IMG/VR virus record: IMGVR_UViG_3300022660_000043
DNA from: a virus
Lineage: Duplodnaviria; Caudoviricetes
Direction: 5' to 3' (one strand)
Length of the DNA stretch: 64,000 nt
Shown here: positions 1 to 10,549 of the stretch, one piece after another
Layout: each line of letters starts with the position of its first letter
Position numbering within the stretch: position 1 is the stretch's first letter
The notes under the pieces: generated by a model
What the model was told of the DNA's origin: nothing
What the model saw: only the letters and a program-made list of their open reading frames with translations
Databases searched by the model: none
Program-made: the position numbers and the translations under genes

Positions 1-1
1 T

Positions 2-2782
2 ACCGAGGGTAAACCGACTAATGACTGGTTTATAGAGGCTAGCGGTCCTGCTTTTGGTAGTATTGAGTGGTGTAAACGTAAGAGCTGGGAAGAGAAAGTT
101 AATTCAATGCCAGAATCCTTACTTTATAATATATGGACTACTAAGTCTACTACTGCTGGTGCGTATTCTGAGGCAACCGAACAACAGAACTATCTTGATT
201 ATACTAATAAATATGGTGGAGTTTTTGTAAAAGATGACTCTGGAAGATATAATTTATTTGAAATACCAGATAATACAGACAAAACAAAAGGCATTCCACC
301 TGGACTTGCATTTTATGTAGTTTACATTACTGAGTCAAACTTCGGAGATTTTATACAATGGCTACAAGGCAATAAGGGCAGTGCCTCAGGAAGAATAACT
401 TATCGTACTGCAAATGAGGCAGCTGCTTTAGACGGTGTTGCATTAATTACTGGAGTATATTCTCAGGCTAGACCAAATTTGTCTAGAAAACTTGGTCATT
501 TAATAGATATCTCTAAGTTCAAGTATGCACCAATAGATAGCTATGGTGTGCAGCCTACTACAGTACTAGATACATTTTTTGTGCCACAGCTTTGGGCATC
601 TGATACTTCGAATTATACTAAAGATGGTCTTGGTAAAGATGCAAAAACAGCAGGTATTTCAGCAAATGCTGAGTATATGCTAAAAGCTGGTGAATATGTT
701 CTTATTACATATACCACCTCAGAGGGCAGAGAAGACGGCTCTACAATAGTTAAAAATATTGCCTATGGCCCAGGCCAAATTATTAAAACAAACTTTGAGT
801 TGACAGATAGTATTGAAAAGTCTGCCATAAATAAATATCCAAAAACATCTAATTATGGCCCTTGGGAGCTTAAGGAAGGTAACTCAGTACGAATAATTAT
901 GCCGACAGAGGTGCCTGGTATGTATTCCTTTGGTGCAACTGAGCAACTTGAGGTACGTGAACCAATTATTGTAGATTTAAACGAAAAACAAACCTACCTG
1001 TATTGGGAAATTAATCCAAGTAATCAAAAAACAAAAGAGATAAATGGGGTAACCTGGGAGTATTTCCCATTTGATGCTGATGGTAAGTATATTCTTCAAC
1101 ATGGTGAATACTTATTCTATACAAATGAGGCAAAAGAAGGCATTGCTTATTACGGTGCAGGTTCTCAGATTTCTTTAAAGACTAAGGGTAATTCTACGAC
1201 AACTCCAGTTGTAGGTAGAGTCTATTCAGAGGAGCCAATAAATGTAGATGAAGCTGCAGACCTAGGTCTAGCTGCTGTAATACCTTGGACCAAAGTTACG
1301 CTCTCTAGAGATAAATATATAGAGATAGCAGAATATCAATTAATAAATCTAGCAGAGGGAGATGAACTCCAGAGTATTAGTTTCCATAAGGATGCAGATA
1401 GCACGATATTGCACGAAAAGTTTGCCAGAGTGACCGGAGCAAAATACAAATGTAACGGAAAGACCGGTGAGCTTCCTTCATTTGACTTGGTAGATTCTAA
1501 GGGAGATTCTATCTACTGGGAAGTGCGTGGCAAATTGGAGCTTAATTTAAATTCTACTATTCCCCAGACATTAACTGTCCATAAGACCCCATCTGGCGCA
1601 GAACAAGCTAGATCTATGATTAAGATACTTGGTAAGACCGGTACTGACGAAGAAAAAACGGAGGTACTGTATACAATAACACCACAAATGACAGCTGCAG
1701 GTCAAGCTCCAGCAGAGTTATCAATATATTCTAATATTGTGTCTCTAGGTCCTGATGGTAAATTTGCTTATTCTGAGGATGATATTCCTGAGTTTAAGTT
1801 GTGTGAGTATGTTGAGCTTACAGAGACTGCAGTAGGCGCTGAGCCTCAAAGCTATATACCAGATTTTGAAAATGGATTTTCAACTTATTCATTAGCACCT
1901 CTTCATAAAGAGGCTACAGAAAAAACACTGTCCTTAAATGCTCTGATAGAAGATAACCATTTTGGATTATTAGCTCTCTATTTAGTATTGCCTAAGGCAG
2001 ATGATTCAGCTAATAGAAAAGTTTATATAACTGCAAAGGCTAATGATACAGTAGTAGACCTTAAATATTTTAATAGACTAGATCCAGACCGAGACCAGAA
2101 GATAACAACTCTTACAGATATACCTGAGGGTGATTTAATAAAGTATTTTGAGCCTTTTAAGCCTTTTTATATCAACTGTGAGCTAGTTAACGGGGAGCTA
2201 ATTAACGGTGAGTTAGTTAACGGCGAGTTAAGTAATGGTATGAACTTAATTGTTATTCCAGAGAGCTGCACCTTAACTATTAAGGCACAAGGGACCTTAG
2301 CAGGTGATGTACTTATGATTGGTGAACTAAAGACGGTTCCATTGGTTAACCAATTAAATCCTCAGCTTGCTTTTGCGAGCAATGCTAATCTACCTGGATT
2401 AACTACTACTTTGAGGTTTAAGTACCATATTACTAAAGATACTTCTACTGATGATACCACTAGTGGAGAACCTGCAGTAGCGAGTACAATGGAATCTACA
2501 ACTAATGCAACTACTGAAACAGATATTGAGTTTATTGAAGTTTCTACTGCTGAAGTTTACGACTGGCTACGAGATAAAGCAGGGGATAGTGATTTCTACT
2601 ACACAAATGAGCCAGACAATGTATCTGGTTTAGACCTTAACCCAAATGACCCAACTGATACACTAGCACAAGCTAAAAACTGGTTCGACACACAAAATAT
2701 CGTTAATAAGTTTGTAGTATCTCAACTTGATCCAGGCTATCTAAGCGACTATATTGGTGTATCTAAGTTCTCTAAGATTTAA
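2..2782 (+). CDS. Large baseplate/tail structural protein (5'-truncated by window edge)
   Basis: The frame is open from base 2 through the ATG at 107. It lies directly upstream of baseplate-like and tail-fibre genes, and no catalytic motifs were seen. Confidence 0.5.
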   Translation, partial: TEGKPTNDWFIEASGPAFGSIEWCKRKSWEEKVNSMPESLLYNIWTTKSTTAGAYSEATEQQNYLDYTNKYGGVFVKDDSGRYNLFEIPDNTDKTKGIPPGLAFYVVYITESNFGDFIQWLQGNKGSASGRITYRTANEAAALDGVALITGVYSQARPNLSRKLGHLIDISKFKYAPIDSYGVQPTTVLDTFFVPQLWASDTSNYTKDGLGKDAKTAGISANAEYMLKAGEYVLITYTTSEGREDGSTIVKNIAYGPGQIIKTNFELTDSIEKSAINKYPKTSNYGPWELKEGNSVRIIMPTEVPGMYSFGATEQLEVREPIIVDLNEKQTYLYWEINPSNQKTKEINGVTWEYFPFDADGKYILQHGEYLFYTNEAKEGIAYYGAGSQISLKTKGNSTTTPVVGRVYSEEPINVDEAADLGLAAVIPWTKVTLSRDKYIEIAEYQLINLAEGDELQSISFHKDADSTILHEKFARVTGAKYKCNGKTGELPSFDLVDSKGDSIYWEVRGKLELNLNSTIPQTLTVHKTPSGAEQARSMIKILGKTGTDEEKTEVLYTITPQMTAAGQAPAELSIYSNIVSLGPDGKFAYSEDDIPEFKLCEYVELTETAVGAEPQSYIPDFENGFSTYSLAPLHKEATEKTLSLNALIEDNHFGLLALYLVLPKADDSANRKVYITAKANDTVVDLKYFNRLDPDRDQKITTLTDIPEGDLIKYFEPFKPFYINCELVNGELINGELVNGELSNGMNLIVIPESCTLTIKAQGTLAGDVLMIGELKTVPLVNQLNPQLAFASNANLPGLTTTLRFKYHITKDTSTDDTTSGEPAVASTMESTTNATTETDIEFIEVSTAEVYDWLRDKAGDSDFYYTNEPDNVSGLDLNPNDPTDTLAQAKNWFDTQNIVNKFVVSQLDPGYLSDYIGVSKFSKI

Positions 2783-2793
2783 GGAGGCTACTA

Positions 2794-3489
2794 ATGATTA
2801 GTGTACAGCATTCAGTACCAAATATTTATTATGACTCCTCTAGAGATTTTCAGTTAATAGGACATCTGTTTGATCTAGTACTTAATGCTACTAAAACAGA
2901 TGCAGACCTGCTATTTAATTTACCATTTAGTACAAATTCAGATGATCAGCTCTTAGACCTAATGGCTTATACATTAGGTCTAAGACTAAGTAAAGAGAAA
3001 TATACCTCTGCACAGCTTAGATCTATTTGTAGTATTGCTTTTAAAATGATGCGTGCTAAAGGAAGTCTAGAGGCTGTAAATCTTTTGTGTACTGCCTTAA
3101 TTCGAGCAGACTCTGTAACTGGTAGTTTTGAGGCTGATTTTAGCCACGATAATACTGAATTAGTAGTTTATATCACCAACTTAGCCACATGTAAAGAAAT
3201 TTTGCGAGAAATTTTGCCATATATTGTGCCAGCTGGAATAACTTTTAATATAAAAGAGATGTCGGTGCATGAAGTAAAGTCAGTTACAGAAACAGCAGTA
3301 AGTTCTAATAATGTACATTATGGCATAGCTACTTATACTAATGAGCTTACTCCAGCGGAGTCTATTGAGCTACCGAGATACAAGCTTGATGGAGATGCAG
3401 ATAAGTATACTCCAAGCTATAAGGGAGATTTGGCTAACTTGATTATTAGCGCTGAGAACTTAATTATTAGTGCTGAGGAGGATAATTAA
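2794..3489 (+). CDS. Baseplate wedge / tail protein (P2 gpI-like)
   Basis: LLDLMAYTLG...KGSLEAV...YIVPAGI pattern typical of gpI-like wedge proteins; AGGAGG RBS. Confidence 0.6.
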   Translation: MISVQHSVPNIYYDSSRDFQLIGHLFDLVLNATKTDADLLFNLPFSTNSDDQLLDLMAYTLGLRLSKEKYTSAQLRSICSIAFKMMRAKGSLEAVNLLCTALIRADSVTGSFEADFSHDNTELVVYITNLATCKEILREILPYIVPAGITFNIKEMSVHEVKSVTETAVSSNNVHYGIATYTNELTPAESIELPRYKLDGDADKYTPSYKGDLANLIISAENLIISAEEDN

Positions 3490-3491
3490 TA

Positions 3492-4073
3492 ATGAAAATT
3501 AAAGATAAATGCCTTGGTAACTTTTGTTACCAAGGCCAAGTGAGAACCAGAGTTGTAGATAAAACCAATAGAGTACTAGCTTCCTACGCCTCACATAATG
3601 GAGGTACAACTAAATTTTTCTCAGGTCTGGCTGCGCTTTTGGCAGGTGCGTCTACAGATGTCAGAGCAATTCGTCCAAAGTTTATTGCTTTATATCAATT
3701 AGCCAAGGATGAGACTGACCCAGCTGACACGTTTGATAAGCTTGTAAATAATAAAGCACTTCGTAATGTTACCTCATTAATTCCATTAAGCTCAGCAGTC
3801 TTTAATGGATCACAATCAGCAGATTTACAATTACAAATACCTTTTGTAAATATTACAGGGAATTCAATTTATATGTTTGCTCTTTTTCCTGAAAGTATTG
3901 CAGACGTAAATAATTCTACTGAAGATGTAGCAGAAACACGTTTAGGAGAGGCTATAGCTTACTATAAGCTAATAGACGCAGGTAAGTGGAGTCCAATTAG
4001 CATTGATAGTTCAGCTATTCAGAATAGCTTAATCATCGATTGGTCATTGGCATTTTCAGACAAAGGAGATTAA
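3492..4073 (+). CDS. Putative baseplate / tail-fibre attachment protein
   Basis: Lies between the wedge and fibre genes; SHNGGT near the N-terminus and IIDWSL at the C-terminus. Confidence 0.4.
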   Translation: MKIKDKCLGNFCYQGQVRTRVVDKTNRVLASYASHNGGTTKFFSGLAALLAGASTDVRAIRPKFIALYQLAKDETDPADTFDKLVNNKALRNVTSLIPLSSAVFNGSQSADLQLQIPFVNITGNSIYMFALFPESIADVNNSTEDVAETRLGEAIAYYKLIDAGKWSPISIDSSAIQNSLIIDWSLAFSDKGD

Positions 4074-4074
4074 A

Positions 4075-5637
4075 ATGTTTTTTAAGAGTAATAACGTAAA
4101 AATTTTTCCTTGCTTTCATAGAGGTCAGTATACAGAGAATAATAAAACGCTCTACTATAACCCAGAATCTAGGTTAGCCACAGAATATAATTTTACTCAT
4201 ATTCCTGGTCTTTTGCTAGGTTATGATAGCTTTGTAATAGAGCATACTAATGCTTGTGTTAGATGCGTAATACATGGGTATTATTTTGAGTTTACCGGAG
4301 ATGCCGCTGGCAAACTACAAGACCCTGATGGTAACCTTAAGGGTAAACTAATAATACGTGAAGGTAAGTTAGCCTCACAAAGTGAGAACGGCTCTAATTA
4401 TTTATTAACGATGGCAGCTGGTGATCAACCTTTTCTAGATACTGGGAATGATGATGAATCATATTGTACTGCTGTTTGGTATGATTTCGAAACTAGTAAT
4501 GACCTTAATATGCCTGCAAAGTTCTCAGGTACAGAAGGTATAATACATACCTTAGATTTGGAAGATAAATATCGTAGAATAATTATTAAAGATGATGTTC
4601 ACTCTTTACAAGTAATAGCCGATCTACAGACAGGGGTTGAAGAACACAAGGCTGATAAAAACAATCCTCATGAAGTAACAAAAGCTCAAGTCGGTTTAGA
4701 TAAGGTAGAAAACAAATCTACTGCAACTATCAAGTCTGATTTTACTGGTGCTGTTGCTAGGGGCAATACAAAATTTGTAAAGGGCGGAGATGTTTATACT
4801 GCCATTGAGGCTATTAAGAAAACTGATAGCGAGGCTAGGTCTGACGACGAGACTATAGCAGGAGCTAAAAAGTACGCAGAAGAGCAAGCAAGTAATGCTG
4901 TAGAGACACTTGCTAATGGTCAAGTAAAGACTAACAAAGAAGCAATTGAAGGCCTTCAGAAAGCTCTTGGTACTGATACTACAGTAGGGCCTGAAGATAC
5001 GTCTATTAAGTCTAGGGTTGATAACCTTGAAAAAGAGTTTGATGATCCTACCGGCCGTGTAAAGGTTGCTGAGGATAAAATTGACGTTCTCATAGGAGAT
5101 ACTGGTACTATTGCCGCAGGCGATGCTGCTACTCTTGATTTAGCTAAGAGCTACACTGATGATGAGATCGATAAGCTTAAGGCTAGAGATACCGAAATTG
5201 CTGGTAACGTTACTGCTCTTCAGAGTATCGTTGAGAATGGCAGTAATTCTAATGCTAACTTAAGACAGGCTATTACTGAGCTTCAGACTCTTACTGGCGA
5301 GGTCGGTGCGATTGAGCGCGCTATTGAGGCTGTCGATGAAAATCTTCAAACTAATTATTTGTCAAAAACAGATGTCGAGGGCACAAAGCTTGGTATTTAT
5401 GCAGTAGCTTTTGATCTAAGCAAGTATTCTGGAAATCCTGAAAGCTTGAGTCCTGAATTTAAAGAGGCTACCTCACGTCCGATAGTATTCATCTCAGGAT
5501 GCTCTATGCTACCAAGTCCTCCAGACGGTTATGCTTGGTTTGACAGTGCAAATGAGGATGCTCTTAAGGTTGAAGCTATAACTACAAATATAATTTTATA
5601 TTTAAAGGAAAGTAATACTTCAGAAGAAACCATCTGA
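4075..5637 (+). CDS. Tail fibre protein
   Basis: HKADKNNPHEVTKAQVGLDKVEN fibre motif, AKKYAE/AKSYTD repeats and coiled-coil segments. Confidence 0.7.
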   Translation: MFFKSNNVKIFPCFHRGQYTENNKTLYYNPESRLATEYNFTHIPGLLLGYDSFVIEHTNACVRCVIHGYYFEFTGDAAGKLQDPDGNLKGKLIIREGKLASQSENGSNYLLTMAAGDQPFLDTGNDDESYCTAVWYDFETSNDLNMPAKFSGTEGIIHTLDLEDKYRRIIIKDDVHSLQVIADLQTGVEEHKADKNNPHEVTKAQVGLDKVENKSTATIKSDFTGAVARGNTKFVKGGDVYTAIEAIKKTDSEARSDDETIAGAKKYAEEQASNAVETLANGQVKTNKEAIEGLQKALGTDTTVGPEDTSIKSRVDNLEKEFDDPTGRVKVAEDKIDVLIGDTGTIAAGDAATLDLAKSYTDDEIDKLKARDTEIAGNVTALQSIVENGSNSNANLRQAITELQTLTGEVGAIERAIEAVDENLQTNYLSKTDVEGTKLGIYAVAFDLSKYSGNPESLSPEFKEATSRPIVFISGCSMLPSPPDGYAWFDSANEDALKVEAITTNIILYLKESNTSEETI

Positions 5638-5653
5638 GATTATTGATTAAATG

Positions 5654-5695
5654 ATAAAAATAAGTCCTGGTCAATTGACCAGGACTTATTTTTAT
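5654..5695. terminator. Bidirectional terminator (perfect 42-bp palindrome)
   Basis: ATAAAAATAAGTCCTGGTCAA-TTGACCAGGACTTATTTTTAT between convergent genes. Confidence 0.85.
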
Positions 5696-5706
5696 ATCAG
5701 GTTTTA

Positions 5707-6330
5707 TTATTTAAAGTAATCACCGTAAGATACGTCAGTAAGTACTGCCATATCATATTCAAACTCAACAGAGAGTTTACGTTTGCCGTCATTTTCACGG
5801 TCAAACTCAGAATCGCCGACCTTCTTTACGAAGATACCACGAATTTCCCACTCACGGATAAGAACGTAGTCCTGAGTATACTCACGAAGGTAAGCAGTCT
5901 TCTTGTAGTCTTTCATACGTCCACCCATACGAGTATATGGATTATACGCGAGGTATAGCCAGGAGATCATGATATCCTTGGTATTAACTCCGACGATATC
6001 ATCAACTTCAAGGGTACCGCTATCCCAAGTAGGTACGCCAGCGAACTTAACTACATCATTACCACGACGGTATTCATGAGTCTCAACACTAAACTGAGGC
6101 ACAGAAGTCTTAGTAACATTGAGTCTTAAAATATCAGACGCATTAGCATCGTTAAGCTTAAGTGCGGTTTTATCATCGTCACCAGACTCAGTAGGTTTAC
6201 GTAGGTTAGATAACTGAGCAGTAGGAACGTCTAGAACGAAGAACGCTGTTCTAGCTGCTTCATAATTCTGGAGCTCTGTGGCAATATGGTAAGAGCCTAG
6301 AGCTTTATCAACATTAATATAATTTGGCAT
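5707..6330 (-). CDS. Tail tube protein (T4 gp19-like)
   Basis: VPQFSVE..EYRRGN..VKFAG.PTW and KDYKK..L.EY...IREW motifs; directly downstream of the sheath gene. Confidence 0.85.
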   Translation of the reverse strand: MPNYINVDKALGSYHIATELQNYEAARTAFFVLDVPTAQLSNLRKPTESGDDDKTALKLNDANASDILRLNVTKTSVPQFSVETHEYRRGNDVVKFAGVPTWDSGTLEVDDIVGVNTKDIMISWLYLAYNPYTRMGGRMKDYKKTAYLREYTQDYVLIREWEIRGIFVKKVGDSEFDRENDGKRKLSVEFEYDMAVLTDVSYGDYFK

Positions 6331-6353
6331 AAGTTAGTTTCTCCTTTCTAAGA

Positions 6354-8291
6354 TTAGGACTCAGTAACAACCGCGCCCTCAAGGCTATCTTCGAGGTATA
6401 GACCAATATCAAAGTCTTCAACTGCCTCAATAGGAACGATACGAATTCTAGCTTTAAGAAGAGCTTTGCGATCCGTTGGATCTTTTACAAACTTATAGTC
6501 TTTAATTCCCTGATCTGCTTTCATAGCTTCTAGGGTAGGAGTAAGTAGGCTACGGAAATCAGTCCAGAGCTTGTCGCTGTTAGGATCGAAAGTTAAACGA
6601 CGGCAGGTAGTATAAACCTGTTTCTTAATAGTAGTGCAGAGCTGACGAATATTTAGGAAGTGCTGTGCAACAAGGTCGCCATCAGAAGCACCTCTAGTGC
6701 CAAGCTTCTTACCGGTTCTGTTGCCCCAGAGATAATATGCACTCTTAATCTTGATGATTAAGTTAATAGCAACAGTGGTATTAACATCAATATATTCCTT
6801 AGGAGTAACTTCGTTACCTTCCTCATCAACTTTCAATTCCTTATCAACCTTAAGCATGAATCTAGGCTCAAGAGACTGAACAGCAATTTCACCAAGCTTA
6901 CAGCCAGTAGTCTGAATAGTGTACTTAGAAACGCCACGAGTATAACCTGCATTTGCATACCACTCAGCATAATTATTGTTATCAGAATTTGCTGCACAAG
7001 CGAGATAGTGGAAAGATGCTGGGAATGTACTGTTATTATAAATAGTGTCCTCAGGCATGATATAAGTTACATAAGGAGCAAATACTGCTGCATAGGTACT
7101 AGCCCATTTAGCTGCTTCTTTTGCAAGAGGTGTGATAGCCTGAGACTGAGTTTTATCCTCATATGCTGCACAGTCAAGGTCAATAAGAGCGATACAGTCA
7201 CCACGTCCATCCTTGATGCTTGCGTCATCAAGTAGAACTTCTGCACTATGATCAGCGATACTTAGAATACAAGAGTTTGCACCATCATTGTTGGTAAGAA
7301 GACCGGTAACAAGATAACGGAAATCATAAGTAGACTTATCTCTTAAGCACTCCCAGAAGTTAGGGTCAGCAAGTTCACTAATAGCTGCAGAATGCTCTGG
7401 CTTGAGATAATTAACTTCTTTAGACTCATCCCAATTATCAAATATATCATATTTTATGACGCAGTTTTCAGCATTGTTAGCATCATAAGCTTCATATACA
7501 TACTTAATGAAAGCGTCAGCATTATTTTCTGACATTCTCTTAAATAAGACTGTATAGCCGAGTCCAAGTAGCTCGTAAGCCATTTGGTTACCATAATGAG
7601 TAACTTTATCCTCTAGCCAAAGGCCGTTAGTACCTTCCTTATTAGTCTCAATGACATAATAAGTATCATATTCTGCTGCAACTACAGGCTGAATATCTAG
7701 GATAGTCCCATCAACAGTAGGGTATTGTGCTAAAACAGACTGGCCATCAAGATTAATAACTACCTGCTGATAAATGTAGTTAGTGTCCTTAAGCTTACCA
7801 ATTCTACCGGTAGTATTAGCAATAGAATGGTAAATACCATAAGAAGTAGTAGATGCCTGATTTTCATCTTCTGGTTCATCTTCAGGCTCCTCAGTAGACT
7901 CATCTGCGATTGCAGCGGGAGCCCATGCATATTCACCTTTGAGTAAGGCATTATACGCAGCTAAAAAAGCTTCTCTTGATTTAAACTGTGTGCCATTACC
8001 GTCAACGATTGGAGCAGAATCATCAACAAGGTTTGGGTTATACTTAATTATATAGGAAATAGTTGGAGCAACTGCATCTCTTTGTACTTTGCTTGTAATT
8101 ACCTCAGCAGCTCTCTTACCTACATAATTTACAAAGTCGGTCTGACTGCTACACTCGTAAATACCGTTCTCGTCAAAGACACTCTCGTCATAAGTGTCAC
8201 CGACAAAACCAGGCACGACAACAGAAAAGTTCTCGTATTCACCAGTGCCAGCTTTAGTTAGATCATACTCATTAATATTAATCTTAGGCAT
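6354..8291 (-). CDS. Tail sheath protein (T4 gp18-like)
   Basis: N-terminal MPKININEYDLT; RGDCIALID, WYANAGYTRG, LWGNRT, FLNIRQL and FDPNS sheath motifs. Confidence 0.9.
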   Translation of the reverse strand: MPKININEYDLTKAGTGEYENFSVVVPGFVGDTYDESVFDENGIYECSSQTDFVNYVGKRAAEVITSKVQRDAVAPTISYIIKYNPNLVDDSAPIVDGNGTQFKSREAFLAAYNALLKGEYAWAPAAIADESTEEPEDEPEDENQASTTSYGIYHSIANTTGRIGKLKDTNYIYQQVVINLDGQSVLAQYPTVDGTILDIQPVVAAEYDTYYVIETNKEGTNGLWLEDKVTHYGNQMAYELLGLGYTVLFKRMSENNADAFIKYVYEAYDANNAENCVIKYDIFDNWDESKEVNYLKPEHSAAISELADPNFWECLRDKSTYDFRYLVTGLLTNNDGANSCILSIADHSAEVLLDDASIKDGRGDCIALIDLDCAAYEDKTQSQAITPLAKEAAKWASTYAAVFAPYVTYIMPEDTIYNNSTFPASFHYLACAANSDNNNYAEWYANAGYTRGVSKYTIQTTGCKLGEIAVQSLEPRFMLKVDKELKVDEEGNEVTPKEYIDVNTTVAINLIIKIKSAYYLWGNRTGKKLGTRGASDGDLVAQHFLNIRQLCTTIKKQVYTTCRRLTFDPNSDKLWTDFRSLLTPTLEAMKADQGIKDYKFVKDPTDRKALLKARIRIVPIEAVEDFDIGLYLEDSLEGAVVTES

Positions 8292-8355
8292 TTGGATTTG
8301 TCTCTCCTTTTAATAGTTTTAATATTTCAAGTTTAAATTTTAATCCTTTGAAATC

Positions 8356-8369
8356 TCAATTAATTTAGC
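8356..8369 (-). promoter_or_regulatory. Putative late promoter GCTAAATTAATTGA
   Basis: Recurring intergenic motif, here upstream of the sheath gene. Confidence 0.7.
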
Positions 8370-8394
8370 ATATTTTTTTAATAGAATCCATAAT

Positions 8395-9084
8395 CTATAT
8401 GCTCTCTCTCTCCATCGGTATTGACGTTTTAGAGAGCTCAAGATCTTGACCGTCTAGTCTCCAGTTCTTTCTATAAGGAATGCTAAATAAGAATGCATCA
8501 TGAAGTTCAAACTGGATTGTCCATCTTGTAAATTGACCACTGAATACTCGTTCGCTTATCGAGCTAGTGTTGGCTATATTACTTAAGATTCTTATATAGG
8601 CTGTATGTTCTATCTTAAATTCTCTATAAGGAATTTCTATCTGTAACAATGGATTATTTATTAACTTAAATAAAAATTCTCTTACATACTCTTCACACTC
8701 TTCTGCAGTTTTTGCATAAATATCCAACTGGTATTCTGGCCGTATGGGAATCACATTCAGGTGGTATGTACCCTCCGGTATGTTAGCCATAGCTTCTTGA
8801 AATGCTTTACCTTTTAGCTGTGAAAAATCGCTTTTCTGATTTTCAGGCACTAGTCTAATGCCTTCATAGGATTTTGGATTTTTAACCGTCATTAACAATT
8901 CTAGTTCGTCTTTTCTAGATACTGCGATAAGTGGCATTTGAAATGCAGCTTCTTTGTTGTCCTCTGCAGTTAGCTCAAAAAACTTTTTAGTCTCATCTGG
9001 ATGTAATATATGTAAAGGAGATGCTTCAGGCAGCCAACGTCTTAGCTTTGTTACAATTAAATCATCGTAATAATGAATAGCCAT
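8395..9084 (-). CDS. Tail terminator / sheath-stabilising protein (gp15-like)
   Basis: MPLIAVSR and IPIRPEYQLDIYAK..EC.E..RE motifs; position upstream of the sheath gene. Confidence 0.6.
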   Translation of the reverse strand: MAIHYYDDLIVTKLRRWLPEASPLHILHPDETKKFFELTAEDNKEAAFQMPLIAVSRKDELELLMTVKNPKSYEGIRLVPENQKSDFSQLKGKAFQEAMANIPEGTYHLNVIPIRPEYQLDIYAKTAEECEEYVREFLFKLINNPLLQIEIPYREFKIEHTAYIRILSNIANTSSISERVFSGQFTRWTIQFELHDAFLFSIPYRKNWRLDGQDLELSKTSIPMERESI

Positions 9085-9095
9085 ATTTTACCTCC

Positions 9096-9422
9096 TTATT
9101 CTAAATTTAACATATCTTTTAATATTCGGCTACCGGCAATACGTCCGGTACCATAGGTTATAATTTTAGCAATAGTATTTAGAGTAGGATCTGGGATCTT
9201 TACTATAATTTCTTGCTTCATATTAAGATTATAGCTGGTATTTTGCAATATATCTAGACATGCTTGACGCAAAGAAATCCCATAATTTTCTTGCAAATAT
9301 CTTGATAATAACAGCTCACTTGGGCCAAATGAATGCAAAATAAGCTGTAAGCGGGCTTTTTTCTTTGCCCTATGTATTAGTAAGTCTTTGTTTGGGCAAG
9401 AGCTTTTTATTATAAAAAACAT
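9096..9422 (-). CDS. Hypothetical protein
   Basis: ORF translationally coupled within the structural operon. Confidence 0.6.
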   Translation of the reverse strand: MFFIIKSSCPNKDLLIHRAKKKARLQLILHSFGPSELLLSRYLQENYGISLRQACLDILQNTSYNLNMKQEIIVKIPDPTLNTIAKIITYGTGRIAGSRILKDMLNLE

Positions 9423-10549
9423 TAAGATTTTCCTGTAGTAGCAGGCATTTTAGCTGATGGGTCTTTTGCTGCAATAGCACAAAGTAGCTCATCTACCTGT
9501 TTTGCTGAATAAGTTATTTTGCCTAGTTTTAGTAGTTCCTTTGCGGTATTAAACTGCTTACTTGTTACACCTTCAAGTGTATCACGATAAGTCATTAATG
9601 CTTTTTTCTCAGCGTCTTGTAATGAACCTAAGCATTTATCATTTAAGATTGGCAATACATCATAAGCAACAGTAAAAGTTTGTCTAACTGACTTAATATC
9701 TTTAAGTGCATCTACTATAGCTTTAATTAGCTTATCATCTGCTTCCGGCTTAGCTGAAAGATCTTTTCCGGTAAAGCTGGAAAATCTAGTTTTTGCCTTA
9801 GCAATATCTACTAAAGGACCTTTGGCTTTTACTTTTGATAACAACAAGTTTATTCTTTCAGGAGATATTTTATTTATATCCTGACCATCAACTGCTTCCT
9901 TTTCTTTAAGGAGATCTTCTGCTCTTGCTTGTAATAAACTAGAATACGCAAAAATTAACTTACAGTTTTGTTCTTTTTTTACTGTAGAACGGAACTTTAG
10001 CCACTCAGCTTGGTTACCACTAGATAAGTCAATAAAGTCTGGATGGAATAAGATATCATATGACCCAAATTTTTCAGAGACACCATTTCCAATCTGAGCT
10101 AGCTCGCCTGTGCCCAACCAGCTATTAGCCAAAGCTTTATCTAGCAGCATAAGGAAATTGGAATCATAACCACTATTGGCTATTGTAAATAATTCTGGAT
10201 TGTTTGCAAGTCCTTTTACAAGCCAATTTAAAATTGCATTCTCTGCAGTTGTCCAGCCATATTTTGGCAGATATACTGCTAAAGCTACATGAAATTTATC
10301 GCGAATGACTTTTTCATGCTCTTTAAACACTGTTTTATAAAACTTATCCCATACCTTAGTTAAAGCTTCAGGAGTTTTTGCATTGGCAAATTCCATCTCA
10401 AAATTTATAGCAGCAGTAGTATCTGTCGCATCAGCAACAGAACTTGTAGCTGCCCCTTCAGTTTCAGGAGTGCTCTCGCTAGAGAGATCACCCACATCAT
10501 CTCCTGAATCTTCTTCTAACAGAAGACGCTCATCTAAAATATATTTCAT
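9422..10549 (-). CDS. Hypothetical protein, probable internal head protein
   Basis: N-terminus MKYILDERLLLEED resembles a prohead-protease-cleaved leader, followed by an acidic linker. Confidence 0.5.
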   Translation of the reverse strand: MKYILDERLLLEEDSGDDVGDLSSESTPETEGAATSSVADATDTTAAINFEMEFANAKTPEALTKVWDKFYKTVFKEHEKVIRDKFHVALAVYLPKYGWTTAENAILNWLVKGLANNPELFTIANSGYDSNFLMLLDKALANSWLGTGELAQIGNGVSEKFGSYDILFHPDFIDLSSGNQAEWLKFRSTVKKEQNCKLIFAYSSLLQARAEDLLKEKEAVDGQDINKISPERINLLLSKVKAKGPLVDIAKAKTRFSSFTGKDLSAKPEADDKLIKAIVDALKDIKSVRQTFTVAYDVLPILNDKCLGSLQDAEKKALMTYRDTLEGVTSKQFNTAKELLKLGKITYSAKQVDELLCAIAAKDPSAKMPATTGKS

